31,952 nt of DNA from a virus (lineage: Duplodnaviria > Caudoviricetes). This document shows positions 14,954 to 25,615 of this stretch, in pieces. The stretch is from positions 1 through 31,952 of IMG/VR virus record IMGVR_UViG_3300020045_003285; one strand, given 5' to 3'. The notes beneath the pieces were generated by a model, which did not search any database, had not been told where the DNA came from, and worked only from the letters and a program-made list of their open reading frames with translations. The position numbers were made by a program, and so were the translations under genes. Position 1 is the stretch's first letter, and each line of letters starts with the position of its first letter.

Positions 14954-17594
14954 TGAGTAAAAGTAATGCGTTAGTTAATTCATTTTTTGTTTCATAAGTA
15001 ACGCCGTTCAAAACTACAAAATTAAATGCATATTTTGTTGATAAAGGCCTACTTTTTTCATCAAAAAGTTGTATAAAATCATTTTCGAATTTCCACCAAT
15101 CTTCAACACCGCTTAAATTATAAGGCGCATCGTTAACAAATAAGTTCCCAATAGTGCCGTCAATAGTTAAAAACTCAGTACTATATTGCTCTTCGCCTCT
15201 TAATTCTAATTCGTTACTAATCCACGTATGTTCTAATTTTTGAGCGTATAAACGAATAACTTTGCCGTTGTAATCATAACATCTAATAAATCCTTTTGTT
15301 GTCTTATATGCCTCTAAATAGTTGTTTATATCTTCAAAAGTAGCGTATAAATTAAGGCTATGTATTGTTGCATTTACTATTGGTATTGGTAAATCACTAT
15401 ATAATATCGGTGCATTTTCAATTAACGGCTCTGTTTCGCTTGTTAATTGTGTTTTTAATAATCCATTATTTTTAAAATATGCGTTTACAATATCTTTTTT
15501 GGCATACATCAAACAAGTAGCGAAATAGCTATAAAAGTATTTCATATTTCTTTTTATTGTATAGGCTAAATTTGGCATTTTATTAGCATTACTCAATCCA
15601 TCTATTAAAGAAAAACCTTGATTTGTTCTAGTTTGATATGGAACGTTAGTATAAAAGTACTTAACCACTATAAAAGCATCACCATCAAAGTCAGGTACAA
15701 AACCAATAGGAAGTAACGTAATTAATGACTGAGTTAGAGCGGAAACCATATAAGTACCTACATTCTCACCACTAACTATCTCAAAAGTACTACCCTCTTC
15801 AACTCCAATAGTTAGCCAATTAATAACCACATCGGTACCGCTTGTTTGTCCATCGCTATCAATATTTAATAATTCTACTCTACCCTCAAAAACACGCATT
15901 AATAATCTACTTCCAAAAGTTCCAAAAGAACTAGGAGCTAATTCCGTATAGTTTTCGATATAAATTTTATCGTCTTGACTTGTAGATGTATTTGGTTGAG
16001 TTATTTTTAAATTAATCATTTGTTGCGTAGCGAATGGGTCACGCACAAAGTCATTTTTAATCTCTTTGAAATTCTCTACTTGTTCATTTAAAAAACGCCA
16101 TTCGGTATCAGTATGAAAAGATTGTGAAGTTTCTAAAGATGTACGCTCTTGCTCAAATGTTTTATAAGAATAACGAAATTTATTAATCATATTTCTATCG
16201 TTATACTCTTGTGATGCCTCAACATCAGGTAACATTTGTAATACTGCTATTTCTTGATTCTCATAAAAATCATTTTGATGACCGATATAAATTTTTTCAT
16301 CGCTTATTTCATAATCACAATTAACCTCTTCTATGCTTCCGAATACATCTTTAGGAATTGCGTTAAACTCTGTTGTTTTTTGCAAAACCATGTCGCTGGT
16401 GAAAACTACATTTTTATAATGCGTTCCGTTAACATCGAATAAATTTGCATCAACTGGTAAGTTACCAGTAAATTTAGATGTTTGCTTAATTAAATCAATC
16501 CATCTTGACGCTTTTATAACTTGGTCAATTGCTGTTGAAATAGCCTTTATTTGTGTATCTTGTTTATTAAATATAAATTGTGTTCTATTGCCCTCGTCTA
16601 AATGTTCAATATCCCACTGCAAATACCAAAATAAAGTCAAAACCTGACCTCTTCCAATAAAAGGTATTGTAAAATTTATTTCATCGTCAACACTAACTAT
16701 TTGATTAACCGTTCCAAATACTGATTTTGTGTAAACTTCAATACCCTCTGGAAAATCTTCATAAGGCTCTTCATAAATACAATACGTCAATATCATTGCT
16801 ACTTCACTCTCAGCACTTCCACCAGTTATCCTATAATCGATTTTAATATCATTAGTTAATTTTATCTGTACCTCTGATAAATCATTTAAAGCTCTTAAAT
16901 GTTTAAAATCTCTTTTTGCGTTTTCGTAATTATTAGTAAAATCACTTAACCAAACTAATGAATTTTGAACACCTGACTCAATTAATTGTTGTGCAAAATT
17001 TACGTTTATTCTTGAACCAGCTGGAGTTGTTCTTGCATTAGGCATTTTCCATAAACTTGTTTGAGCCAATGGAGTTGCTCGTTTAAGATAATTAAACGTA
17101 GGCATCGGTGTAATTGTATTCTCTTTAGCGTCTTTGTTTGAAAAAGCGTTAAATTTGTCGTCTATTCTACGCTTAACATCGGCTACAATATCATTTTGGA
17201 TTAGTTTACAGCTAAAATAAGTATATCCATCAGTTAAACCTTTTTCCGTAAAGTCTAACATTCCATTGCTGAAAAATACACCATCTTTTTCTAAAATATA
17301 TTCTACTTTAGATTCAAATCCAAACTTTTTATTAATGTATAATAACCATCGCAAACCATATTCTAAACGGTTTGATGTATCGCCTTGCGGATTAATAGCA
17401 AACGGCTCAACCACTTCAATAGAATATGCATCAACAAACTCTAATTTACTAATAGCTCCGAATTGATAATCACGTCCGTATCTTTTTGGTTCTTGTTCTA
17501 ATACAAAAGTAGCACCATCGAAACCAATAGGCTCAGATATTTGATAAAGGTTTTCGTTCCCTAACGAAATAAATTTTAAATAGTGTTTAAACAT
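14946..17594 (-). CDS. Large tail-tip/hub protein (882 aa)
   Basis: Immediately downstream of the tape measure gene. Confidence 0.6.
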   Translation of the reverse strand: MFKHYLKFISLGNENLYQISEPIGFDGATFVLEQEPKRYGRDYQFGAISKLEFVDAYSIEVVEPFAINPQGDTSNRLEYGLRWLLYINKKFGFESKVEYILEKDGVFFSNGMLDFTEKGLTDGYTYFSCKLIQNDIVADVKRRIDDKFNAFSNKDAKENTITPMPTFNYLKRATPLAQTSLWKMPNARTTPAGSRINVNFAQQLIESGVQNSLVWLSDFTNNYENAKRDFKHLRALNDLSEVQIKLTNDIKIDYRITGGSAESEVAMILTYCIYEEPYEDFPEGIEVYTKSVFGTVNQIVSVDDEINFTIPFIGRGQVLTLFWYLQWDIEHLDEGNRTQFIFNKQDTQIKAISTAIDQVIKASRWIDLIKQTSKFTGNLPVDANLFDVNGTHYKNVVFTSDMVLQKTTEFNAIPKDVFGSIEEVNCDYEISDEKIYIGHQNDFYENQEIAVLQMLPDVEASQEYNDRNMINKFRYSYKTFEQERTSLETSQSFHTDTEWRFLNEQVENFKEIKNDFVRDPFATQQMINLKITQPNTSTSQDDKIYIENYTELAPSSFGTFGSRLLMRVFEGRVELLNIDSDGQTSGTDVVINWLTIGVEEGSTFEIVSGENVGTYMVSALTQSLITLLPIGFVPDFDGDAFIVVKYFYTNVPYQTRTNQGFSLIDGLSNANKMPNLAYTIKRNMKYFYSYFATCLMYAKKDIVNAYFKNNGLLKTQLTSETEPLIENAPILYSDLPIPIVNATIHSLNLYATFEDINNYLEAYKTTKGFIRCYDYNGKVIRLYAQKLEHTWISNELELRGEEQYSTEFLTIDGTIGNLFVNDAPYNLSGVEDWWKFENDFIQLFDEKSRPLSTKYAFNFVVLNGVTYETKNELTNALLLLNE

Positions 17595-17599
17595 AATTA

Positions 17600-20284
17600 T
17601 TATACTCCTAACCCTTTAAATGATGTTCTACGATTTGTTATTACTTTTGATGTGTGACCGTTTTTTATTCTCTTATTAAATCCGTTTTCATCTATACTTA
17701 ATTGAAACGTTTCCTTACTATTAATAGCATTTACAACTGGTGTTAAATCGGTTGTATTGCCTTGAACGTTTACTATTGGTGAACTAATTCCGTTATTGCT
17801 TAATATATTATTCAAATCTGAATTAAACATTAAGAAATCCATTGTTTTATCGTTGTTTAGTACTTTGTCGCCTTTGTTTAAATAAGTATATTGTGCGCCT
17901 TTATCCGATCCAGTGTTTTTAATGTTTCCGTATTTATCTGTAATAATTTCACGCCCTTTTTCTTGCGTTAAAGCCCAACCCTCAGGAGCGTTGTCTGTAC
18001 CTTTCCAAAATTCAGGAATTTGTCTACTTGCAACTACTCCAGCTTGAACTGCTCCAATAACCCCAATCGCAATAGATAAAGGCACGTTCGGAGGTGTTGA
18101 TGCTAATGCGCTAACAATACCTTGCGCTGTATTAACAGCAATATTAAATAATGCAATTTGTTTTTGCGCTTGAAATTCTCTACGTCTAATTTCCCTTTGC
18201 CTTTGTTCAGCTTGCGCTTCTATTTCTGCTCTTGCGCTTGCGCTTTCTCCAGCAAACAACAAAGCTATATTTTTTTGTTTTTCAAGATTTGCGTATTCGT
18301 TTTCGAAGTTTGAGTTTGATGCTTCACTAATAAAATTAAAGGCTTCTTGCGCACTTTCAGCAATAGCATTAAAAGTTACTGCGAAATTTTCACCAAATCC
18401 GTAAATCTCATCATTAAGAATTTTAAATAAATTACCAAAACCAGCTTCACTAAGCGCGCCTTCTGAAAATGTACGTAAATAATCGTTTAATTTCTTTTGT
18501 CCCTCATCAAATCCTTTATTAACTGCCTTACCAGCTATTTCGGCAATACGCAAAGCCTCAGCATATAATTGTGCTTTTCTTGCTAACTCATCATACATTT
18601 TAGCCATTTTACCTGCCTTTTCAAGCATAGATTCATCAGTCTTTTCGTTTTCTTTTTTAGTACCGAAAAGTTGCTCGTATAATTGCTTTTGAATTTCTAA
18701 TAAGCTATTCATTAAGTCATACGCTGGGTTTAATCTGTCAATAGTTTCAAGTTGTGATTCTAAAGCGGAAATATTAGCTTTAAATGCTACCTCTGAGTTA
18801 GTCATTGATTTTTGCGTTTCCTCAGCGCTTTTCTTTTGCTCATCACCAACCTCACGCACAGCACTTAAATATGGTGAATATTGATTGTATAAATTAAATA
18901 TACTTGCAATTTGCTCTTCAATAGATTTCTTTTCTCTATTAGCATTTGCTAAAGATAAGTTAGAAATTAATTGTTTATCTTTTAAAAGTTTAGCATTACT
19001 AACGCCAATTTTTTGACCTAACTTAATCTCATCGTTAGTTAATGCATTACTTTTGGTTTGTATAGTGTTTATTTTAAGTAAAGCACCAGTTAATTCATTA
19101 TATTTTTCTGTTAACTTACCTTGTAACGCAATAGCAATACCACGTTTCATTAAAGCCTCGTTTAGTTTTTCTTCGGCCTCCGCTGTTTTCCCTGATAATA
19201 TTTGTTCTGTTGTTAAATGGCCTAAATAGTCAGGGTAACGCTCTTTTAATTCTTTGATAGCGTCTAATCTATCACGCATTTTTATATTTACGTTACTTGC
19301 ATTAGCTAATAGTATTTGAGAGCGTGAAATCTCTTCGCTACCAGCTTGTTTCATTGTATCAATATAATCTTGTTCCGCTTTGTTTTTTTCTTCAATAGCT
19401 TTTTTAGCCTCTTCATCTGCTTTAGCTTTTGCCTTAGTGTCAAAAATAGCATCTACAATTTCATCACCAAATACCGTTAATAAAGTAACTCCAATGCTTA
19501 AAGCAGTTCCCCAACTTAAAACAGAAGATGTTAATTTTTGAAATAATGATGGCGTTGCCTCACCATTGGCACGTAATAACTTAATTTCTGCGTTTGCTTG
19601 CTGTATAGCATCAAAGAATATAGGTAAGTTGTTAGAAATAGCCATAAACCCAGTCTGAACGCTATTTGCGAACGCTGGCATTTCTCGAGTTAATTGGTTA
19701 ATACTATTTGATAAAGGATTAAAAGCACTACCATAATTACCAACATTACGTTGGTATTTACCCATCGTTGCATCTACTGCCTTTAAAGTACCATCGTATT
19801 TTTGTATTTTACCTTGTAGAAACTCATATCTTTGAGCCTCTTTTGCCGTTAAATTAATTCCTAATTCTTTTCTTACTGCAAGTGCTTTATATTCGTTTGA
19901 TAATTGGTTTAATTTTGATTGAACTCTATTGTAAATGTTTTCAGATGCAATTAACTTAGCGTTTTCTCTATCAATAGCCTTTTCATTTCTTGTTCTTGCA
20001 GTAGCTAAACTAATTTCAGATTTTTCTAATGCATTATTACTAATCTTAGTTCGGTTTTGTGTTTGTGCTAAACGTTCAAGTTTAATTTGCAAATCAGCTA
20101 TTAATTTTTCTTGTTTTGCATACTCAACAGATAAACTTTTTATTGAATTATCTGCACCACTCGGAGTGCCTATCTTCTTTGAGTTTAAAGTAGATACGTT
20201 TTTAATCATTGTAGTAAGTTCTACATTAGCTTTTTGTAAATCTGCTAATGCGGATGGACTGAGTACGTCTAAGAAATCTGCCAT
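17600..20284 (-). CDS. Tail tape measure protein
   Basis: 894 aa, helical and A/K/E-rich; GKYQRNVGNY, AISNNLPIF and hydrophobic segments typical of Bacteroidota phage TMPs. Confidence 0.88.
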   Translation of the reverse strand: MADFLDVLSPSALADLQKANVELTTMIKNVSTLNSKKIGTPSGADNSIKSLSVEYAKQEKLIADLQIKLERLAQTQNRTKISNNALEKSEISLATARTRNEKAIDRENAKLIASENIYNRVQSKLNQLSNEYKALAVRKELGINLTAKEAQRYEFLQGKIQKYDGTLKAVDATMGKYQRNVGNYGSAFNPLSNSINQLTREMPAFANSVQTGFMAISNNLPIFFDAIQQANAEIKLLRANGEATPSLFQKLTSSVLSWGTALSIGVTLLTVFGDEIVDAIFDTKAKAKADEEAKKAIEEKNKAEQDYIDTMKQAGSEEISRSQILLANASNVNIKMRDRLDAIKELKERYPDYLGHLTTEQILSGKTAEAEEKLNEALMKRGIAIALQGKLTEKYNELTGALLKINTIQTKSNALTNDEIKLGQKIGVSNAKLLKDKQLISNLSLANANREKKSIEEQIASIFNLYNQYSPYLSAVREVGDEQKKSAEETQKSMTNSEVAFKANISALESQLETIDRLNPAYDLMNSLLEIQKQLYEQLFGTKKENEKTDESMLEKAGKMAKMYDELARKAQLYAEALRIAEIAGKAVNKGFDEGQKKLNDYLRTFSEGALSEAGFGNLFKILNDEIYGFGENFAVTFNAIAESAQEAFNFISEASNSNFENEYANLEKQKNIALLFAGESASARAEIEAQAEQRQREIRRREFQAQKQIALFNIAVNTAQGIVSALASTPPNVPLSIAIGVIGAVQAGVVASRQIPEFWKGTDNAPEGWALTQEKGREIITDKYGNIKNTGSDKGAQYTYLNKGDKVLNNDKTMDFLMFNSDLNNILSNNGISSPIVNVQGNTTDLTPVVNAINSKETFQLSIDENGFNKRIKNGHTSKVITNRRTSFKGLGV

Positions 20285-20910
20285 TACTTTTTATTTTGTT
20301 TCTGTTGTTCAACAACCTTATTCACATTTTTACCGTAAGCTATATATTTATCTAACATAATACCATCATTAATATTACGATTTAAAACGTTTTCCATTGC
20401 TACTATATTCTCTTCATAATCAAATGCCTTTTGTTTGCTATTGCTTATCATTGATTTGTAATTCATTTCCAACATAGCTAAATCATTCTCTAAATATCCT
20501 ATTTCAGTAGTTAAAACACGCTCTACTTCGTTTATAAACGGTTGCTCTTTATCGATTGTAATATTATAACCTATTTGTAACGCTTCAATAAAATCATTAC
20601 GCATTGATATTTTTAATTCTCTTAATTCTTCACTATCGCTAATTGTTTCTTGATTTACATATTGATTATGTAAGTTTAATTTTAATGTAGCTATTTTATA
20701 TTTTTGGTCTGCAATCTGTTCGGTTAGTTCTAAATATTGTTTTGCCTCAGCATTATCAGATTTAATAAAAAACTCATCGTAGATAGAAATAAATATTTGC
20801 TCCAAACCTTGTTCGCTTGGTTTAGGTTTTAGTTTTTGAAAGTCTTTAGTTTCTAATATGTGAAAAAAAACTTTTGCGGGAATGGTATCGACTGAATTAT
20901 ACTTTGGCAT
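20284..20910 (-). CDS. Putative tail assembly chaperone
   Basis: Directly upstream of, and coupled to, the TMP; helical. Confidence 0.45.
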   Translation of the reverse strand: MPKYNSVDTIPAKVFFHILETKDFQKLKPKPSEQGLEQIFISIYDEFFIKSDNAEAKQYLELTEQIADQKYKIATLKLNLHNQYVNQETISDSEELRELKISMRNDFIEALQIGYNITIDKEQPFINEVERVLTTEIGYLENDLAMLEMNYKSMISNSKQKAFDYEENIVAMENVLNRNINDGIMLDKYIAYGKNVNKVVEQQKQNKK

Positions 20911-21211
20911 CTTTCAATATTAAATCTCCGTTTTTAATCATTTCAATTAAGCTAATTAATACATAGGTTGGATGATTATTTACTTTAAATGGCATATTAC
21001 AATTTTTAATACAAAAAGGTAATTTATTATTTATTAAGTAAGTGTTCAATTGCTCAATTTCCGTATTTAAAGAATATAATTTATCAACTACCCTAACTAC
21101 ATCAATTTCCTTTATTAATTTTTGCTTTTCAATAATTTCATTTAAAAAATGATTGGCTTTTTCTAAATCTTGTAATGCTTTTTTACTTAATACATTTTCT
21201 ATTGATTCCAT
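20897..21211 (-). CDS. Hypothetical protein
   Basis: ORF track. Confidence 0.6.
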   Translation of the reverse strand: MESIENVLSKKALQDLEKANHFLNEIIEKQKLIKEIDVVRVVDKLYSLNTEIEQLNTYLINNKLPFCIKNCNMPFKVNNHPTYVLISLIEMIKNGDLILKDAKV

Positions 21212-21213
21212 AA

Positions 21214-21669
21214 CTATCCTATTTTGGCATATTGTTTTATTGAACTTCTTAATCTCGGTGCTAATATTTCCTTTTGGTATTTCTCAAATACTCTTTGATT
21301 TAAACCGAAAATATCATCCCCATACATTTCCTTTAATATATTCCTTTTCTTGTCTGTATTGCCAAATCTGTAACGCCCTCCGCTTGGTTTAACTAAAAAC
21401 ATAGCATTTACAAACGCACCAGTTACAATTAAATCGACATTACCACCAGCACTCGGATTTAAACGACTTTTAAAGATTGAATAGTTTCTACTTCGATAAT
21501 CCGCAAATGTACCATTACCGAAAATATCACCATCTTTAAAGTCCTGTTCCTTTAGGCTTTTTATTGTTTCCTCGTCTTTTAGCACTAGTTCCGCTACTAA
21601 CTTTTGTATCGTTGGTAACGTTAATTTGTTCAATCGGTTCTTGTACTCTTTCGCGCTTATTATCCCCAT
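21214..21669 (-). CDS. Putative neck/tail-completion protein
   Basis: VDLIVTGAF...YGDDIFGL motif of virion-morphogenesis proteins; position in the tail module. Confidence 0.55.
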   Translation of the reverse strand: MGIISAKEYKNRLNKLTLPTIQKLVAELVLKDEETIKSLKEQDFKDGDIFGNGTFADYRSRNYSIFKSRLNPSAGGNVDLIVTGAFVNAMFLVKPSGGRYRFGNTDKKRNILKEMYGDDIFGLNQRVFEKYQKEILAPRLRSSIKQYAKIG

Positions 21670-21850
21670 TTTGACCGCAATTTAAACATTCTTTATTATC
21701 GTTATTTTTAATATTAGACAAAAACTCATCTATAATATTATCGTTTTGTTGTTTGGTACGTTTCTTAATCCAAGATACTTGCTCCATAATAGGCAAATTA
21801 ATAAAAGCATCTGCATCCTCTCCAAATAAATGTTTTCCGAATATTTCCAT
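21536..21850 (-). CDS. Hypothetical protein (overlaps the next gene by 134 nt)
   Basis: ORF track; CxxC (CLNC) precedes a low-complexity overlapped tail. Confidence 0.6.
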   Translation of the reverse strand: MEIFGKHLFGEDADAFINLPIMEQVSWIKKRTKQQNDNIIDEFLSNIKNNDNKECLNCGQNGDNKRERVQEPIEQINVTNDTKVSSGTSAKRRGNNKKPKGTGL

Positions 21851-21862
21851 AGTGTTATAAAT

Positions 21863-21916
21863 AAAAAGAACACCGCTAAATTAATAGGGTGTTCTCATTC
21901 GTGATACGCAAATATA
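21863..21916 (-). promoter_or_regulatory. Promoter TATATTTG (21916-21909) followed by a terminator-like hairpin
   Basis: AGAACACC-CTATTAATTTAGC-GGTGTTCT-TTTT lies between the promoter and the ATG. Confidence 0.55.
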
Positions 21917-21935
21917 GTGAATTGTTTTTAATTTA

Positions 21936-22124
21936 TTACAATTTTAATAGTTTTTCATACCAATGTTTTTTTCTATATATTATAGATACATCTTGACCAC
22001 CAAAATGTGCTTTGTATTGCTTCACTTCAATGATTTTAAAACCTTTATTTTCAATTTCATTTAACTTTTCTTCTGACCTTAACAATATAGCAGAAGTTGT
22101 AAACCATTTATTAGACATAATCAT
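21936..22124 (-). CDS. Small moron-like protein
   Basis: Has its own promoter (22151-22144) directly after the major-tail terminator. Confidence 0.6.
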   Translation of the reverse strand: MIMSNKWFTTSAILLRSEEKLNEIENKGFKIIEVKQYKAHFGGQDVSIIYRKKHWYEKLLKL

Positions 22125-22154
22125 TTAATTTTAAGTTAGTAAGCAAATATAAAC

Positions 22155-22184
22155 AAAAAACCCTCACTATTTCAGTAAGGGTTT
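22155..22184 (-). terminator. Intrinsic terminator after the major tail gene
   Basis: AAACCCTTACT-GAAAT-AGTGAGGGTTTTTT. Confidence 0.8.
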
Positions 22185-22207
22185 AATTTAAAATAATTCT
22201 AAATAAC

Positions 22208-23134
22208 TTATGCTACTGGATTAAACTCTCCAGTTGTACCCTCGTAATACTTTTGACCGATTTTTGCAACTGCTACAGAATTAACTGCATCATACAATGT
22301 TACTTGCAAATCATCTGCTAAAATAAAAGCAGTTGTAGGCTCAAAGCTATACTCTTTTGTAATTGGGTCGTAAGTAGTAGATAAAGCCGTAATAGTATCA
22401 ACAACACTATTAATTGTAAATCTTAAACTTCCAGTTACAACACCTCCTAAAGTACTTGCTCCATTCATAGCGAAAGTAGGTTTGAAGTAGATTTTTTGCT
22501 CTGATACATCAGCTCTACCTACCATATCAATGTCTGTAATAGGGAACAACGCATTAGCATCGAATCCTAAAGTACTTCTGTCTAATACGCCAGTATAAAG
22601 ATTATATTGGTCTGCATTGATAATTTGCCAAGTCGTTACCGAATTACCTGAAACAGCACCGTCTGTGTGAAAGTAAGTTCCAGTATTAATTTTTCCAGTA
22701 GTATAACCACTAAAAATATTTCCGTTTAACGCTCCTGAGATAGAACCATCTTCGAAAACTAATAAAGTACTATAAGCACCGAATGAGTTCATTGAATATA
22801 ATGCTCTTGCATAAGCCCAACCTTTAACATTCTTTTGAGCAAACATTGGCAATCCGTTACGAACTACATTCATAATACCACCTTGAAACTCTTCCTCTGT
22901 AGCCTCAGGTGTATTATTTAAAACCTCTACATTTCCAAGTACTGGTATAAAAGTACCATCTTGAATGAAGCCGTTAGCCTCCGCTAAAGTAAAAGCATCG
23001 GTTGACAAGTCAAGTTGCCACGCTGGGTCAACCGCTATAAAACCAACTACTCTACCGTTTTGTAAAATGCAATCAGGGACACCTAAATTTTTACGTGTTA
23101 TGTTGCAATCTTTTTGATTTATTAAAACTGCCAT
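22208..23134 (-). CDS. Major tail (tube) protein
   Basis: 308 aa, G/T/A-rich, N-terminal C...NLG...C, followed by a terminator; position after head-tail genes. Confidence 0.75.
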   Translation of the reverse strand: MAVLINQKDCNITRKNLGVPDCILQNGRVVGFIAVDPAWQLDLSTDAFTLAEANGFIQDGTFIPVLGNVEVLNNTPEATEEEFQGGIMNVVRNGLPMFAQKNVKGWAYARALYSMNSFGAYSTLLVFEDGSISGALNGNIFSGYTTGKINTGTYFHTDGAVSGNSVTTWQIINADQYNLYTGVLDRSTLGFDANALFPITDIDMVGRADVSEQKIYFKPTFAMNGASTLGGVVTGSLRFTINSVVDTITALSTTYDPITKEYSFEPTTAFILADDLQVTLYDAVNSVAVAKIGQKYYEGTTGEFNPVA

Positions 23135-23149
23135 TTGTGTTTTTGTTTT

Positions 23150-23656
23150 TTAATTAAAAATATCTTCTTTTATACAAGTGGAAACTCCACTAAATGTAAT
23201 CTCAGCGTTTAAAACTATTGCGTTACAAATAAACTGTAAATTCTCATCTTCTGAACGCATTGAGTATTTTTTTACTCTACGTGTTCTAAAAGTAGTATCA
23301 TCGTATCTACTTATTCCGCTTAGCCTTAATGCTATTAGTAAATTGTCTAAAATCGGTTGTAAAATCAATTTGTAATCGTAAGCGTGTTGATAAGGATTGA
23401 ACTCATAAGGCGCTTGGCTTTCGTGTATTATCACTATTTGTGCATTCCTTGTTACACTAGGCTCACGCTCATTATTTGTATCTTCATCTTCAACTAACCA
23501 AATCAAAGGAAAACTAACACGCCCTTTTAAAGCTAAATATTCGCTTAAAATAGCCTCTGTTCCCCAACCGAAGTTAATCGGTGCCGTTTGGTCACCAACT
23601 ACTACATTTGGTAAAATCTCAACTACTCTCGCTAACTCATCCTCAAAAACTATCAT
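23150..23656 (-). CDS. Putative tail terminator / head-tail joining protein
   Basis: FPLIWL motif; directly before the major tail gene. Confidence 0.5.
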   Translation of the reverse strand: MIVFEDELARVVEILPNVVVGDQTAPINFGWGTEAILSEYLALKGRVSFPLIWLVEDEDTNNEREPSVTRNAQIVIIHESQAPYEFNPYQHAYDYKLILQPILDNLLIALRLSGISRYDDTTFRTRRVKKYSMRSEDENLQFICNAIVLNAEITFSGVSTCIKEDIFN

Positions 23657-24294
23657 ATTCCAAATGTATTTTTAACTTCTGATTCATAATAAACTCTAAA
23701 ATTTTCTATATTAAAGTCTGTGAAATCATCTGCTTTATCCATTAAGTATTGATACAAAGAAACCTCTACATCATCGCCTTGACCGAACCAATCTATAAAA
23801 TTATCATAAATAATAGGCTCAATTAAATAGCCTTTTTGATATTGTTCTATAAACTTTTGACTTGCCGTTGCTATTTTGTAAGCTGGTGTTATTAAGTTTG
23901 ATTTTTCAGCGTCAGTTTTTACAACTCCAACTCCTGATAATTGTTCGTTTCGTTCAGTAACAAACTCTTCAAATATTTTGTAAGCGATTAGACTATAATC
24001 ATACTCTAAACCGTTCCAAATTTTATTATCGTATTCATCACCTTGAACTAACTTTTTATAAGAAGCGTATAGCGGATTTTCAATGTCCGCTAACGCTAAT
24101 TGTAATGTATTATAAGTCTGTAGACCTAAAGCATTAACCAAAATTGACTTTTCAATTCTCACACACAAATTAGTCAAATAACTTTCGCTATTCGGTGTTG
24201 CTAAAGCTGGATTTGCTACAATAACCGCAACTGATTGCGGAATGTTTAGCTCATTAGCTTTTTGAAAATATGTTTTGTCAATTATATTTGGCAT
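23653..24294 (-). CDS. Putative head-tail adaptor
   Basis: Follows the capsid; IIDKTYF start, LG..Y motif and NTFGI end. Confidence 0.55.
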   Translation of the reverse strand: MPNIIDKTYFQKANELNIPQSVAVIVANPALATPNSESYLTNLCVRIEKSILVNALGLQTYNTLQLALADIENPLYASYKKLVQGDEYDNKIWNGLEYDYSLIAYKIFEEFVTERNEQLSGVGVVKTDAEKSNLITPAYKIATASQKFIEQYQKGYLIEPIIYDNFIDWFGQGDDVEVSLYQYLMDKADDFTDFNIENFRVYYESEVKNTFGI

Positions 24295-24419
24295 TATTTC
24301 TCTGTTTTTTGTTCTTTAACTTTTTTCTTATCTACGTATAAATGAGCATCTTCTTTCGCTACTCTTGTAGTTTTACCATTGTAGGTAACTTCTACCGTTG
24401 TATCTTGATAATGTCCCAT
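24294..24419 (-). CDS. 41-aa protein after the capsid gene (not in track)
   Basis: MGHYQDTTVEVTYNGKTTRVAKEDAHLYVDKKKVKEQKTEK; fills the gap exactly, TAATG coupling. Confidence 0.6.
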   Translation of the reverse strand: MGHYQDTTVEVTYNGKTTRVAKEDAHLYVDKKKVKEQKTEK

Positions 24420-24421
24420 TT

Positions 24422-25609
24422 TTACGCTTGTGTTAATGCAGTAATAGCATCAGAGAAGTCACCATAAACGAACGCTCCGTAGTGATTAGATTTTACTCTT
24501 TGTACTAATCTCGCCTCAGCCAATATAGTTACTAAGTTTTTAGTGAAATCATCATTTTCGTAACCTACATTAATAGTCAATCCTTCTTTGAATCTTACGC
24601 CTGATTTCGTAAAATCTCCTACTAAGAATTTATCAATAGTAACACCAGTGTTAGCAACCACTCTAATACCCGCTACATTTGTTCCATCTTGTGATGCAAA
24701 AGGAGGTAAAATATAGTGACCGTCTGTACCTTTTGACAACTCCATTGAAGTTACATCTGTTGGATGCATTACGATATACGTAGGTTCAAATAAGTTAACA
24801 CGAACTTGATTGATTGCAGTTCTCAATACATCCCATTTGTTAGGAGTTGGAATTGATAAAGCAAAAGCACCAGCAGACCACGCAGTAGCATTTGTAGTAA
24901 TACCAGTTAAGTTAACCGTTAAACCAGTACCGTTCAATAATTGGTCATCAATTTTTAAGTTGATTAACTCAGTCAATTCTTGGTCAATTTCAGAACGTAA
25001 CAATTGAACATCGTCTAACATTTCTTTTGTAACTTTTATGTAAGCAGTTACTTTTTTAACGTTAGCACTTGCAACTACTAAATCAAAATCAGCCTGAGAT
25101 TTAATAGCACCCTCAGCAGTCATCGCGGAACCACCCTCAGCATTTTTCTGCTCTACCCATTCCCAAACGTTAGACATAATTGTACCAACATTAACCAATT
25201 CTAAAATAAAAGGGTTACGTCTTACAATTCTAGTAATTCCTTGCTCTCTTTCAGCTTGTGGGATTTGACCAGTTGTGTTAGTTGACAATGCCATTGTACC
25301 AACTGCTTTAAGTGTAATTTGTACACTAGCACCTGATTTTTCTTTCATTGCTTTTAACTCTTCTGATTTCTCTGTCAAAAGTGTACCAATACTTTCAGGA
25401 ACATTATTAACCGTTCCTTTTGTTTCAAGGTCTAATACTTGTAAAGCTAACTCTTCTACATTTGCTTTTAGTTTAGCTACTTCTTCTCCTTTTGTTTCTA
25501 AATCTTTAACCGCCGATAATACTTTGATTAATTCAGCTTTAGAAACCGTGTCGTTTTTCATTGCGTCAATTTTATCTCCTAACGCTTTGATAATTTCTTC
25601 TTGTGTCAT
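24422..25609 (-). CDS. HK97-fold major capsid protein with an N-terminal scaffold (delta) domain
   Basis: Coiled-coil first ~100 aa; AEGAIK, KVTKEMLDD, DDQLLNGTG, VMHPTD, LVGDF, DDFTKNLVTILAEAR. Confidence 0.95.
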   Translation of the reverse strand: MTQEEIIKALGDKIDAMKNDTVSKAELIKVLSAVKDLETKGEEVAKLKANVEELALQVLDLETKGTVNNVPESIGTLLTEKSEELKAMKEKSGASVQITLKAVGTMALSTNTTGQIPQAEREQGITRIVRRNPFILELVNVGTIMSNVWEWVEQKNAEGGSAMTAEGAIKSQADFDLVVASANVKKVTAYIKVTKEMLDDVQLLRSEIDQELTELINLKIDDQLLNGTGLTVNLTGITTNATAWSAGAFALSIPTPNKWDVLRTAINQVRVNLFEPTYIVMHPTDVTSMELSKGTDGHYILPPFASQDGTNVAGIRVVANTGVTIDKFLVGDFTKSGVRFKEGLTINVGYENDDFTKNLVTILAEARLVQRVKSNHYGAFVYGDFSDAITALTQA

Positions 25610-25615
25610 TTTTAC

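Noticed and set aside
21214-21850. Programmed G/GT-type -1 frameshift between the overlapping 104-aa and 151-aa ORFs
   Set aside because: The downstream ORF is in the +1 frame (offset 181 nt), has an in-frame TAA five codons before its own ATG, and looks like an independent neck protein.
22161-22169. CCCTCACTA in the tail terminator complementary to the leader A loop (possible trans target)
   Set aside because: Only 9 nt and largely buried in a terminator stem; compatible with chance.
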